Shown here one piece after another: positions 51,591 to 64,000 of a DNA stretch of 64,000 nucleotides. Under the pieces are notes generated by a model. It was not told where the DNA came from, made no database searches, and saw nothing but the letters and a program-made list of their open reading frames with translations. The stretch is from Nageia nagi (Eukaryota; Plantae; Pinophyta), in assembly GCA_050084985.1 (NCBI GenBank), contig JBITNC010000002.1:17670001-17734000 (forward strand), read 5' to 3'. A program made the position numbers and the translations under genes. The stretch's first letter is position 1. Each line of letters opens with the position of its first letter.

Positions 51591-54500
51591 TACATAGTAG
51601 TTGAATAATATACAAACCAATTTTTAAGCTTTAAATAAATTATTTCTATTAATCAAACATTACAAATGATGTATCATATTTATGGCATACTACCCCTTGA
51701 TGCTAAGAGGTGACACATAATTCCTTTACCTCTTTCAGTGAATATCACTTCTCTAGTGTTTAGTCTTGAATACATTTCTTTTGATTTTGATTGTTAATCC
51801 ATTATATGATATCAATAGATCCTATCTTTAAGAGGTACCCTCTCTTAGCTCTCTAATCCTTAATGAAACTTGCAAGTAAGGATATTTGTTGTTGTTGATA
51901 TTTATTGGCCTCTTGTCTCTTGAGACCCATAAGCCTAAACATTGATATACTTCCTCCCTCTCAAGTATCAAATAAAACCTTTAGTCTCTTTGCTAGAGAT
52001 ATCAATAAAAAGATTAGGAAGCAAATTTATTTTGGATTACTCGAGATTAAATTGGATTTAACCAAAGGAAATACTTTCAAGATCTTACATTATCTTTTGG
52101 TTTACATAAGATTAGAGAATGATTTTATTTTCATCTTTGATTACATCAAACTACAACTATTACATGGCCTCAAATTCCCTTTTGGTCAAATGCAGGTTAT
52201 CTCATATCAACTTTGTATTAAGACATGCTACCATATCCCTAAAGACCAATATATATGTAGTTTATATGATATGGAATCAAAATCTAAAAGCATTTTATGT
52301 CTATTTTCCCATCAATTATGAGTTTTATGGTAGTTACTATTTCCTATTCAATGTTTTTTATACTTTGAAATATTGGATTAATTACAAATATAAAAGTCAC
52401 ACAACACTCTATATTCAAGAAGACATCCACCTCATACAGATCCTAGGCATTGGTAGCTCTAGAAGCATGAATGCCTCTAGATTTATCATATCCTTTTTTC
52501 AATTATAAGAAGTTATGAATCGGAAGTACATCATGATTCTTGATGACTTTGGAAGAACTACCTATCATTGTGTTGCTACTAAACCCACTAAGGTTTCTTC
52601 CTTTAGTTGCAATATTATTAGGTTCTTTTTTACCTTAAATGTTAAGGGATCCTCTTCACTCTTCATATACCAACTTTTATTGCTTCAATTTGAATTATTG
52701 GATATGACACTATGAAGACCCTTGCTACTATTTTTCTCTATTTACTTGTTAGTCTTACATATTAGACTCATTTTAGGTATTCTTCTTCTATTATATGTAG
52801 TTTTTTAGAATCCCATGGACTATTTTTTGTTATCTGTAGATATTAATATTAAATTTTAATTTCAATTTTATATCACAACCAAAACCATCTCGAGATTTGT
52901 AGGATTGGTTGAATTTAGGCATGCAAATTTTTTATACATATAAAAAGAAAACTTAATTATTTGAAGAATATATTATATAGATCTAAGATCAAAGCATAAG
53001 AATCATAATTTTCTTCCATAACTTTATAGCTATGTTATGTGAACTTTATTTTTACTACATGAATTAGTCATAACAAAATATCATTGACCATTAACAATTC
53101 ACATAGTGAATCCAAATTTCTTTATATAAATTCTAATGGATCTTAATTAATTTGTATGAATTATCTTGCTTGAAAAATGCCTTCCTAATTATCATACTTG
53201 GGGAAATTCCCATATTCATAAATTGATGAAAACATCAATATTCTATCTATTTTAACATTTATCATTTTATCCTTATTATGATCATTATCATTTATTATCT
53301 TAAAAATATTTTTGAAACTAAAGTCCATAATCAAGTTTATCTTAATTTGCAATAAAATTTGGAGTTTTATAAGCAAGTTATCAATTGAACTACATAAACC
53401 CTTAAACATTAAGCTATTGCTAGTTAAGTTATTAAGTGTATATTAGTTTGTAGATACCAAAGAATCCAAGGTGCAAAGCAAGATCAAAGGCTACGTCTAA
53501 CAAGTATTATAATTTTATCATTTATACATTTATCTAAATCTCATTCATTTTGTATTATTGTTACGTAAGACTAATCTAGGTCAGCCTTATATACATATAA
53601 GAGCTACCTTCATGACTATTCATGGATTTACCATGATATTTTTGGAATATTTTAGTGTGAAGGATCTAATTTGGAGACATGTCCCCTTGTTTGACCCTAC
53701 GATTTTATAAACCTTGCATATATATGAGCAATGCTTGCAATAAAGTAATGAGTAATTATAACATAAGGATACTCGAGCATATGCAGAGTATGAAAGACTT
53801 CTTAACATACATATAGGTATGGTGATACATAAAATATAACAAAGAGAAACAATAATGCATGATATTAAAAAAAAAAAGATGCAAAAATATTGAGTGATAC
53901 AAAGGATGTAGAAGAACATAATGCATCTAAATAGGAGCAATGCTCAACTTATAACCTCATCTTGTATGGATGTCATATACCTTCGTGACTAGATAATGAA
54001 GCTAACAAATGACTATGTTGACACTATTATCAAAGTAGATATCCTATATGGTAGAAAATAAATACCTCATAGATATCTTATACTAAAAATGAAATGAAAT
54101 ATATTAATATCCATGATAGACCAAAGGTCACCTAAAGGACTATGAAAAAGGTACATAACAAGAATGACAAGTGAGTAAGCCACAATGCTCAACATAAAAA
54201 AGAAACAAAGACAAGTACAATGTCATGAATTGAGAAATAAGCCAAAGAGAGTAGAAATAAGAAGAGAGGTCAATCTCTCCTAACATTCAAGGCTCAAGAC
54301 TCTCCATTGAAAAACTAAATGATTTACCTATATCCATAGTTGACTTTGAGCTCGGAGGAACTATGGGTATGTTGTCTAACGAGCCTTCTTATGTATGGAT
54401 AGCATGTAATTTCATGTTTCCATTCATTATCCCTCTTAAGTACATATGAGCTAGTGAAATAGGTTGCAATGAGTTGAGAGTGTGGGGTGAGAGTTATTTG

Positions 54501-56468
54501 GAGGAGAGCTCCTCTATTAGTGGAACTAAGTCCTCTCTCTAATGTAAAGTCCAAGATATCATTAGATGGGATAAGTAAAGTTGGATAGAGATAGTAACTT
54601 ACCCTTAAAAGATAATGTAATATGACTTGGATCTCATAATAGATGGGACATCCAAAGATAAAGTGGTACAAAGGGCAAAATAATTTGATCCTCCCTCGCA
54701 CATTAGGTGATGATCTGAATCAATAAGAAGCTAATGAGAGAACACTTTAGTATATCTAATTATGTTATCCATCATAGGCTATTGAAGGTACTACAAAGGA
54801 ACTATTTGATTATCACAAATTTGAAGAAAGTGTTCGTGTTAGAAAGTTAACTTGAGGGAGAAAGGGGAAATGGGCCGAGAGATCCATATGTAGTTGGTAT
54901 AGTGGAGATTGATGTCCTTTTCTATCTCCTTAAGTATCTTCAACCTTTAATTCTGAGATGGGAGTTGAGGGGCTACTAAAGAATAAGAAAAAAGCCTATC
55001 AATTTAAATATGATATTGACCATAAGTGTAAAGACTTGAGAACACCAACATCTTCGTTCCCTTAGGGATCAATGAGAGTTCCATGAAGGATTGTAAAGCT
55101 AGGTAAGGGTATCATCTACATCCTACATGGAGATCTCCCATGTCATGAACCCTTTAGATAGACCAGCCTTTTAACTTATTTTTAAACCCCTTACTTTGTA
55201 GGACCTATCAAAGTTTGTCTAGAAGTAAATATATATAAATTAAGTATTTAAATGATTGTTTCTTGTATTATTAAGTTGTATAATAAAATTAACAAGCTTA
55301 TTTTGGTTATGATATGGTCTCTGTTATGTCTTGAAAAGAGAGGACTAAACAAAGAGCAACAACATATGAATATAGATTTAGATCCTTCAAAGTTAAATAA
55401 CACCTATAACCTTGACAAAACAAGCTATATTATTGAGCATGAAGAAAGCTTGGGATCATACTTCTTTGCAATGCACTAGGGTCTGGTGCAAGAATCCAAC
55501 ACTTACATGTTAATGTGATTATAGCCATCACTATCAAAATCATATATGCTCATACTATTATCACTACCCAAGGCCACAACCTTGTAAGAGTCTACATCTC
55601 CACCTAGAATGGTAGTTACAACGACTTTGCTCGGATAGGAAAGGAGGAAATTTTATATATGCTCTTGTGAAGATATTACAAATGTATATTTTAGATGAAC
55701 GTCATAAGTAATTGTATTTGGTGTTATTTATCTTATCGAATAAGATGAGCCCTAAGTTGGATCCTTGACATGCATTTGATTTTTGGCATTAACATTGGAG
55801 GGCGATTATTCGAGAAAGATGAAGAGTGTTCCATGTGGTTATGAAGAAAGAGTAGTAGTAAGTATATGGATTATAGTTGCCATACACCTGCAAAATTAAC
55901 CATTAGCATATGTTTATTTGGATGCTTTTCCATGCATTGAAGATTCTAAAGGAAGACAACAAAGTCTTTGACTCTTTGCACACAATTCTATAATGCCATA
56001 GTCTCCAACAAAAGCCATGAAAACACCTTCTCTAAGAATTCCAATGGAAGCATGCATGAAGTCAACTTTCGTTTCTTAGACATTTTATCTACTTCCAACA
56101 CCATGGTGTAAAAATAAGAAGTATCCTAAAATAGTCTCAAACAAAATGATAGAGTGAAATTATTTTTAAGAAGTTAACAATAAGACACAAAATATAATCC
56201 ATAAACAATATATTCTAAGCACTCAACACAAGCATCAATCATCCATACATTGTAACCTGGCTACACCAACACCATTCCTAATAGTGCCTCTAATTAGCAC
56301 TAACCCATTCAACTAGGCCCCTCAAATACAAAACCGTACAATGTTATGCAAGCGCATGATGGAGGATCAAAACAATCAGTTAATAGATAGTACTGAACTC
56401 TTAAACCAATTCATTCAAGTGTTACTTTGCCATCTCAAACCTACAAGAAAATACAATGAACAAACATA

Positions 56469-56830
56469 TTAAAATAACCAGACACACAACCCACACTCCA
56501 ATACAATTATCCCAATATCAATGATCTGCACTAGAATATCTTGGAAATGTTCTCTAAAGAAACTCCTCTCGAGCAAGGAATGAACTACATAACCCTTACA
56601 ACTATGAGCTTGAGAAACGACCTTCATCTCAAAAGTGGGCCCAATAAAGAGAATCCCCAAGTATATGTAGGACGTAGTGATCTCCATCTCTTTCCCTTGG
56701 AAATGGAAGTGGAGAGGGAATGATTATGATCTCAACTAGAGCTAATGTCGATAATATGCTTAGGATCTCAACTAGATCTATACATTGGATTAGGAAGAAA
56801 TATGAGCATGGCCATTCCTCTTCTTTGTGA
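56469..56830 (-). mobile_element. Non-LTR RT C-terminal fragment
   Basis: FHFQGKEMEITTSYIYLGILF, a YKYLG-type motif. Confidence 0.55.
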
Positions 56831-58486
56831 TCATATATTTAGACCATGGATCTCTATTTTATATATAGATTATATGACAAATATATATTATTATTTTTCT
56901 TTAAATGTATACAAGCAATGTATCTAAAAGTTAAATGTATGTTCAACATTAAGTAGGAACATGAATGCAAAATATCTAAACTATATGACAAATGTGTGTT
57001 GTTCTATTTTTCTTTAAATGTATGCAACTCATTTAGTGAAGGCTAAATGTATGTTCAACAAAGTAGGCACAAAAATGCGAATTATCTAAAACTTGTATTG
57101 AAGTACATGAATGATTTTGAATGCATACTACTAGATACAATGTTAATATAAATACATGATTAGAATAAAACATATCAAAGAACACTTCTAATTTCAATAA
57201 TTTCTAATCAGAATAAAATAATGCAAAATCTAATATTATCATGCACATACAAAGTAAACCAATAACATATATGCAAAATAATATAACTAATCCATGCAAA
57301 GCTAGTTGAATTTCTTTAAGATTTTAAGGTGACAAATCATGGGAAGCAATCATAAAAAGATCATCATCTTCCATATCATAACACGAAAGAATAAGTATTG
57401 CATATCCATGTTATAATGTCCTTCACATATGTTTTTTCTGATTCTCTTTGACCACTTGTTATTATGATTTCCCATTTCTACTGAACAAAACTTCCTGATT
57501 TAGATTTTTTGTTTTTGAGGTTCGCATTAGAAGAGAAAGTTAAGTTTATGCCATTTTGTTAAACTTCAAGGAAGTCTTTCAATCGAGTGTTACGAAAATA
57601 AAAATCTCTTAAAACAAATGGAAAAATACACACTAAATTATATTGTGTATCCATTATATATTTAATATTATATTTCTTCCTATATTAAATGCATATTTAT
57701 CTTTATTATTCTCTTCACTACTTATTATTTCACTTGAGTAAACTTATATTCGTATTTATCCTTAGTTTGGTGACTCTCTAAATCGAGTGAATTCCCAAAA
57801 TTTTCTTGACTAATCAAAAACTGTCATTTTCATTTGGTGCAATAATGCAGCATTCATAATAAAACTGAAAGAAAACTTCACTATCTGAAGATAGGATCCA
57901 ATAATAAACTAGTGCAAAAGGATAATTTCACCTTCATGATGGAAGTTTTATTTAACTAAACGTAGATCAAACAAACATTTTACAAGGTTCCAAATCTTCC
58001 ATGCAAAAGCGTTATAGAGTCCTTGATCCTATTGCATAATACTTCAATTTCAATTTCAAAGTTTGTTATTTGTTATGTTGGAAACGATTTTTCAAGCATG
58101 GATAAACAACAAACATTACAGACCAGAAATTTTCTCTGAATGGAATAAAAATAACTCGTTTTATTTGTTGTGCATTCAATAGTAAGACTGCAATATGTGA
58201 TCGATTGATCTTTACAGCAATTGTTCAATATGTGGCAAAAACCACTAGAATTTTGTTTGTAAAGCAACTATTCATGAAAAACGGTTTTCTCAAACGTCCT
58301 TTCTTATTCATATTTTCCGAATGAACCAAAAGTAGCAAAGCAGTAAAACATTATAGATGCAACACATCAAAGAGTTTGATCTTTAAAGCTATAAAGGATC
58401 AAAATTCTTTGGTCGTACGTGAAGAACAGATACTGTGTATTGTGTATGCACCAGATTCGATATGAAAATTAAAACCCCTTGTGTTT

Positions 58487-58553
58487 TCAAAGAAAGTTAC
58501 GGATGTCAAGAGATTTTGGATCTATAACTATATCAGCATATTTAGGTCCTTCC
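58487..58553 (-). CDS. MGP1: Mitochondrial ATP synthase 24-kDa (FAd) subunit, last exon (EGPKYADIVIDPKSLDIRNFL*)
   Basis: TGCAG acceptor, TGA at 58487-58489, conserved C-terminus KSLDIRNF. Confidence 0.9.
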
Positions 58554-58786
58554 CTGCACAGTCCAACACAACAGTTAAATAATAGGGTCTCTACAACACG
58601 ATCAACAATCTGAACTGTATAATGCCAAATACAAAATTTGAAGTTAACAATACTAACATAAAACCAATGCATGTCAAGCACCGCATGATCCCAACATTCA
58701 ATTCACTTCCAATGTTCATAGGTTAAATCAAATCTACAAAAAAAAATTATAACTTGAGAGATAATCAAGAAGACAGAGAACAAAAC

Positions 58787-58909
58787 CTTTTTTTTTGTGC
58801 TTCTATAGCTTCCATTGCATTTTTCTTAAGATCCTCCAGCTGTGCCTTAGCAATATCCAGTTCCAACTGACTTTCATATTTAGGCAGATTCTCTTTAGAA
58901 ATACCAAGT
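58787..58909 (-). CDS. MGP1: ATP synthase FAd subunit, penultimate exon (LGISKENLPKYESQLELDIAKAQLEDLKKNAMEAIEAQKKR)
   Basis: TACAG / GTTTTG boundaries, 123 nt, phases consistent, similar to LGIRKEDLPKYEEQLELKIAKAQLEELKK. Confidence 0.93.
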
Positions 58910-58998
58910 CTGTAATATAGAAATCACGGTAAGTATGGAAATTATGATAGGCCAAATTCACTCAAGGAAATGATAAATGATTTTCAAAATGAGCCATT

Positions 58999-59272
58999 CA
59001 AAAATTATCTTCTCCATAGATAAATAGCTCTCATTGTATGCACTCCTACTGTTACAGCATTCTGAAAAAACAAACCAAATATATGGTCCATTATAAAAGA
59101 CCATCATTCCACAACAATTAATGGGAAGTACTTGGAGTTTCAACTGTAACTAAAAATTATCTTCTCCATTGATAAGTAGCTCTCATTGTATACACTCCTG
59201 TTATACCATTTCTACAAAACCACCCAAACATATGGCCCATTATAAAAAACCATCAACCTGCAACAATTAATT
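58999..59272. repeat. ~152-bp-spaced direct duplication in FAd intron
   Basis: AAAATTATCTTCTCCAT.GATAA.TAGCTCTCATTGTAT occurs near 59001 and 59153. Confidence 0.8.
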
Positions 59273-59991
59273 AAGAGGAAGTATATAGGAGTGTCAGAAA
59301 TATAAAACCTATGTAACTGAATGTAATTACAAGTCATAATAAATTATTAGAGAAAGCAAAATAAATTAGTATGGCTTATTCTGTAGTATATAGGACATGA
59401 ACAAAAGAAATATGATTTGAAATAATCCAACAGCTATTCAGCCTGAAGCCTACCCTTTGTGAATTGCCATATTATTATGAATCTTATTTTTGTTAGAAAT
59501 TATCATTTAATTACATAAATGCTATATATTTATCTTTGAACAAATTTGCGAGGTCTTACAACCCATTGGGTTTAAAGAACATCATTCATTCACTACAATG
59601 CCTTTGAGTCAAGTCAGTTGCTCTGAAATATTGCATTAACAGAGTATTCGCTAAAATATATGACGATATCTGAACATCTAAAATCTACAGTTTCTTAACT
59701 TGAAACAAATGGTGAGCTAAAATCAAATGTTCAAAATTCGAAATAGCATAAATGCGCACGCATTCATCTCAACTGCACAAACGCTTCTGATTATTATAAA
59801 TGAGCAGAAGATGCACAATGGTCTAGTTGACAGTTTCAGTCTAATCAAGTCCACTTGCAAACACAAATTGATCTGAAGAAGCATGGTGTCATTGCTCAGT
59901 AATCCTTGAGCTCTATGTCATACTGTACCAATATTTACTCAAAGCTCAAACAGAATGTCTACACAAACCCACAATAGATGAGAAGACTTAC

Positions 59992-60138
59992 TTCTTATTT
60001 ATTGCATCAAATTCAGCTCGCAGAAGTGCCATGCCCTTCTTATCATCCCTCATCAGTGGCTTTTTTAGCTGCTTCTCTATCCTCTCCAATGCATCCATCA
60101 TCAACTTCTCAGCACCTAAATGATCATCAAGCCCACTC
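59992..60138 (-). CDS. MGP1: ATP synthase FAd subunit internal exon (SGLDDHLGAEKLMMDALERIEKQLKKPLMRDDKKGMALLRAEFDAINK)
   Basis: TTTGCAG / GTAAGT boundaries and conserved KKPLMR.DKKGMALL.AEFD.INKK. Upstream exons not found in the window. Confidence 0.94.
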
Positions 60139-61260
60139 CTGCAAAATAACCAGCAAGAAATTTTCGGACACACATTTTAAGTAATAAAAATAACGCATAA
60201 TGAAAAACTTATAAAACCATCATCTTAAGTTCTAATATGGGTACCACCCTCTTATTAGTTCAAATGGATAAGAAAGCACTGTCTGATGAGCAAACAAGCC
60301 TATCCAGGTTGGTATTCATGCATAGCATTAACTAACTATTACAGCAAATATTTCGAATTACCGACACATTCACATTTACTAATACTGAATATTTGAAGAG
60401 AGCCGGTTAGAACAAAATGCTTTTTTAGACAACATAGGAAGCAAGATACCAATCCATCAGAAATTCCATAAGAGTTCTGATTTATCTGAAGAAAACAAGA
60501 AATTCAAACTCATAGTTGCACTCCAAAAGCTACATAATAGTCTTCCAATTATCCTAGGGCACACTTATTAATCAAAATCTGTTCATGAAAGTATTATATT
60601 GACCATGCAATCCAGGGGCTATTTCCATTGAAGATGCATGCATCTATAGAGTTCTCAAGCCAAATTTTCATGTTTTATCAGAGTTTATTAACAAATAAGC
60701 CATATGAAAGCAATTCAAAAGAGAACTACTGAGTTTATAAACATTTTGAGGCTGATTTAATTCAACAAAATGCAAGTTACAATTAATGTTGTTCCACAAT
60801 GTGCATGAATCACAATGAAGTTAACCACAATTACAGAGAAGGAATTCGTCTATTTCCATGAATATGGCATACTACTTGAGACTAACATTGAACAACTATA
60901 AAAGAACTAAGCCTTTCACACCATGGATTTGACATGTTTGTCATTCAAGGTGAGAACTAGAGAACATCTACAGCAAGTAAGGAATCCCACAAAGAGTGAC
61001 ACTATGTTTGAATTAATGATACCAAATTCCTTGGTAAAGGATACCGTTATACAAAAATGAAAGTTAAAAGGAGGATCCACTAAATGGTGAAAACTCTATC
61101 TACCTCCTTTGGTACAAAGAATATTATAATTCTCTTATGACCATACATTCAGAATTTGAATCTGGAGAGTTATCAAAACTTTAAAATCACGATCCAGAAA
61201 AGTATGAGAATAATGAAAAACTAGTTTAGGTCCAAGTACAGTTATACTGTTCGCTACTAA

Positions 61261-61666
61261 TTTTTCTTTTATTAAACTGGGAGAATCGGTCAGTTTGTTA
61301 CACTTTTAGATGCCTCTTCATGGGTTTGAATCATACCATGAGCCTGTGAAACTTGAGCCCGGGTCTCCATGCCCAAACTCTGGAGACCAACAGGCCAAAC
61401 CCTTTGGGCTAAACTTTAGGGTAAAGTTTCGAGGATTCTATGTCCATGTACGTGTAATGGGGAGTCCTATAATCTACTACGTAGGAAACCCTGATCGGCC
61501 TCTACTAGCACCTCAGGTTTTACCACTTCCTTTATTACCTCTCCACATGGGCATAGTTTCCTCTCTTTGGCTTGTGGGATTGGAACCCCTGACCTCCCAA
61601 AGGGAGACCAAGAGACCTTACCACTACACCAATGCCTCACAGCCTACACTGATTTGAGTCTTCAAA
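61261..61666 (-). mobile_element. tRNA-derived SINE in FAd intron
   Basis: A box TGGTGTAGTGG (61631-61621), B box GGTTCCAATCC (61587-61577), A-rich tail AATAAAAGAAAAA, TSD CTGTTCGCTACTAA (61247-61260) / CTGTTCGCTGCTAA (61670-61683). Confidence 0.82.
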
Positions 61667-62599
61667 ATGCTGTTCGCTGCTAAATTAATTTTCACTAGAG
61701 CATGGATTAATTTACCATTCAGTTTCTTCATCGTAGATAGTGTTTATTATTTTATTCCATCTGGAATAACAAAGACATGTGGATTTTACTTTTCAAATAA
61801 ATTGCTTACAACATTACATTGTGTAATGTTACTCAGCATCATATCTTTCAATTACTGATGAACTGAGGACTGTCTTCATAGAAATTCTTTTTGTGCCAAA
61901 TGCCAATATGTATATGAGGCATTGAATAAAAATGATTTCATTATTTTAACATGTGTTCACCAGTATTCATTATGATAAAACTTAATATTGATGAAGTTTT
62001 ACAAACTTTGGAGAGGCAAGCCCTGCTATGGTTTACCTTAATACATAGAGAAATGGAGCCAAAGTTCCGAAGAACTTGAATGTACAGTCAAAATGCATTT
62101 GCCTTGGTAGGAAATTATTAATTAGAGATGACATAACCAAGTTAATAGCCCTTTGAATTCCATTCTGCATAATTGACACCGAATTTTTTTATGAATCATT
62201 TAACTAATTTAATGTAACAAGGGAGACCAGTTTCCCACAATTAAGAATTGTTTTCAAGACGAACTGCCCTACATACAAAAACAAAAGCTAAGTATGCGAC
62301 TCAAACCATCTATAGTTGAGGCATACAAGAAGCCACATGCAGGAGATATATCAGCAGGTGCAGCAGCAAAAGGAGCATGCTGGCCAACAAATAATGTAAT
62401 CAAGGGTATATTACACAAGTTCTGGGTGTTGTGAATAAAGGGACACAAGTCCTGTGTATTGTGAATAAAGGGAATAGCCAAATTCATCTCATGATGCAAG
62501 ACTACTTCTCTGCATCTGAAAAATGGCAAGACACTAAGAATTTGGGAAGAAAATGTGAATTTTCAATTATGAAAAATGCAAGTGCATGTAGCAAAGTTC

Positions 62600-63359
62600 A
62601 AGTATTGGGTGGGTTCGGTTCGTCCATACAAAAAACATGTAAAAATCATAAATGTTTATGTATTTGCAGCCTAGAAGCATGAAAATAAGATTAGAGTATC
62701 ACATAGCATCATATACACAACAAAACAACCATAAACTTGAATGTCATTTAAAACATGCATGATAAATATTAAATATTCATCATTCAAACTTAAAGTTCAA
62801 TATCAAAATAATAATATCAAGTTCAACAACTAGTTTAATCATCTTTCTAAATCAGAATGTCATTGTCATCATTGACATTAGATGATGTAGGAATATTAGA
62901 TGAACTACAACCAGTGCAAATGAGTAGAAATATTAGATGATCTTCTTGGCAGGTAATAAACACTTGCAAATGAGTAGGAATCGCAATATAATCCTTGTAG
63001 AAGCTTCAAGGATCACTTTTCAACTTCCTATGTTGATCCAACAAGAAAAAATCAATGCTCAGTCTCTTGGAACAAACTTTTCTGTTTGCAAGAGAAATGA
63101 ACAAGAATGAAGTAGTTTAGAGGTTTCATGTGCTTTAGAGGTAACTTTTTGGATTTAGAAGGTGGAATTGGTCAAAGTCAAATAAAAAAACATTAAAAAA
63201 GAGCAAAATATCTCCCTTTCAGCCATGGGTTTATGTATGGGTCCTCTCAGTTCTTTTGGGGTGAACCAGGCAGGATTTTCCCAAACCCTGACCGAACCCA
63301 CAGGTGAACCAAACCCAAACCCAAACCTGGGGCCTGCATAGGCAAACCCGGTAACTTAG
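62600..63359. mobile_element. hAT-like non-autonomous remnant
   Basis: GGGTTCGGTTC versus GAACCC/AAACCC subterminal motifs. Right end GGTAACTTAG resembles the TGTAACTTG end at 22581. Left end and TSD unresolved. Confidence 0.45.
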
Positions 63360-64000
63360 CTTCCAAGCATAAAGATGTCAAGAATCAGCTCAAATATTCC
63401 ACACTAATGTATGAAAGAACTTAGATTGCCAAAATTCAATGATGTTCACTAGCAATAAAAGATCTTTTGGGCCACCTTGTAGAAAAGGACACAACATCTC
63501 AACATTCAAATATATGCCAACCACAAAATGATGGCCAGACAGATGAAGTTTTGGCCTTTGTACGACACTTAAATAGGGAAATTTACAGCTCCACCAATTT
63601 GTCTCCACTCTAGATATTTTTGCTACTTGGCACAACATCATTGGTTAAAATGCATAATAAGCAAGATTATGGTACTGGATAGAGTGCATGTCCTAAACCA
63701 ATAACTACTGCTAAATTCATCTAGGTTTAATCATACATCAGCATGTGCATAAGTAGCGAAGTCACAATTTATCAAAAAATCTGTAATAAGATGAAGCAGC
63801 CTAGCATGACCAAAATTACTTTCCAAGCATAAGACAAAGCACATTTAATGGAGCAATAAGAACAAGGCATATTGGATAAGCCATGAGCTGATAAAGTTGG
63901 TAATCCAAAACAATTAAGCAGCATGATCAAACAATTGGTGCAAGAAGAAGACTCAAAATGAACAATTTACCCATAATGACAAAGCCAGTTATTGTGCACT

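Noticed and set aside
51905-52715. Endogenous pararetrovirus movement protein or LINE RT (LLEIKLDLTKG; YIYIGL on minus)
   Set aside because: Only isolated short look-alike motifs in AT-rich degenerate sequence. A profile search would be needed.
61570-61645. Functional tRNA gene
   Set aside because: No proper acceptor stem seen. It is followed by a long body, A tail and TSD, which fits a SINE.
60200-64000. Upstream FAd exons
   Set aside because: No recognisable homologous peptide with splice sites was found. They probably lie beyond the window.

Overview
Eukaryotic plant nuclear DNA: AT-rich and TE-dominated, with multi-kb TE-filled introns typical of a gymnosperm genome (taxon is inference). 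Two intron-containing genes lie on the minus strand. The first is a mitochondrial adenine-nucleotide carrier (ADNT1-like), exons 1-6 between 37828 and 16035; I found no further exons in the window, and exon 6 carries a 1-nt frameshift. The second is the last three coding exons of the plant mitochondrial ATP synthase 24-kDa/FAd subunit (MGP1-like), 60138-58487. The rest is mostly decayed and nested transposons: two inverted copies of one Ty1/copia family, several Ty3/gypsy derivatives, a TSD-bounded LINE with hAT and LTR insertions, hAT-like MITEs and a tRNA-derived SINE. The most unusual items are a non-autonomous Gag-protease element whose RT-RNaseH-integrase region is replaced by an in-frame 10-aa repeat array, a second element with tandem protease domains, a 3.4-kb LTR with a doubled tRNA-Asn PBS, a possibly dimeric SINE and the ADNT1 frameshift. 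I cannot support a claim of a wholly new biological system.
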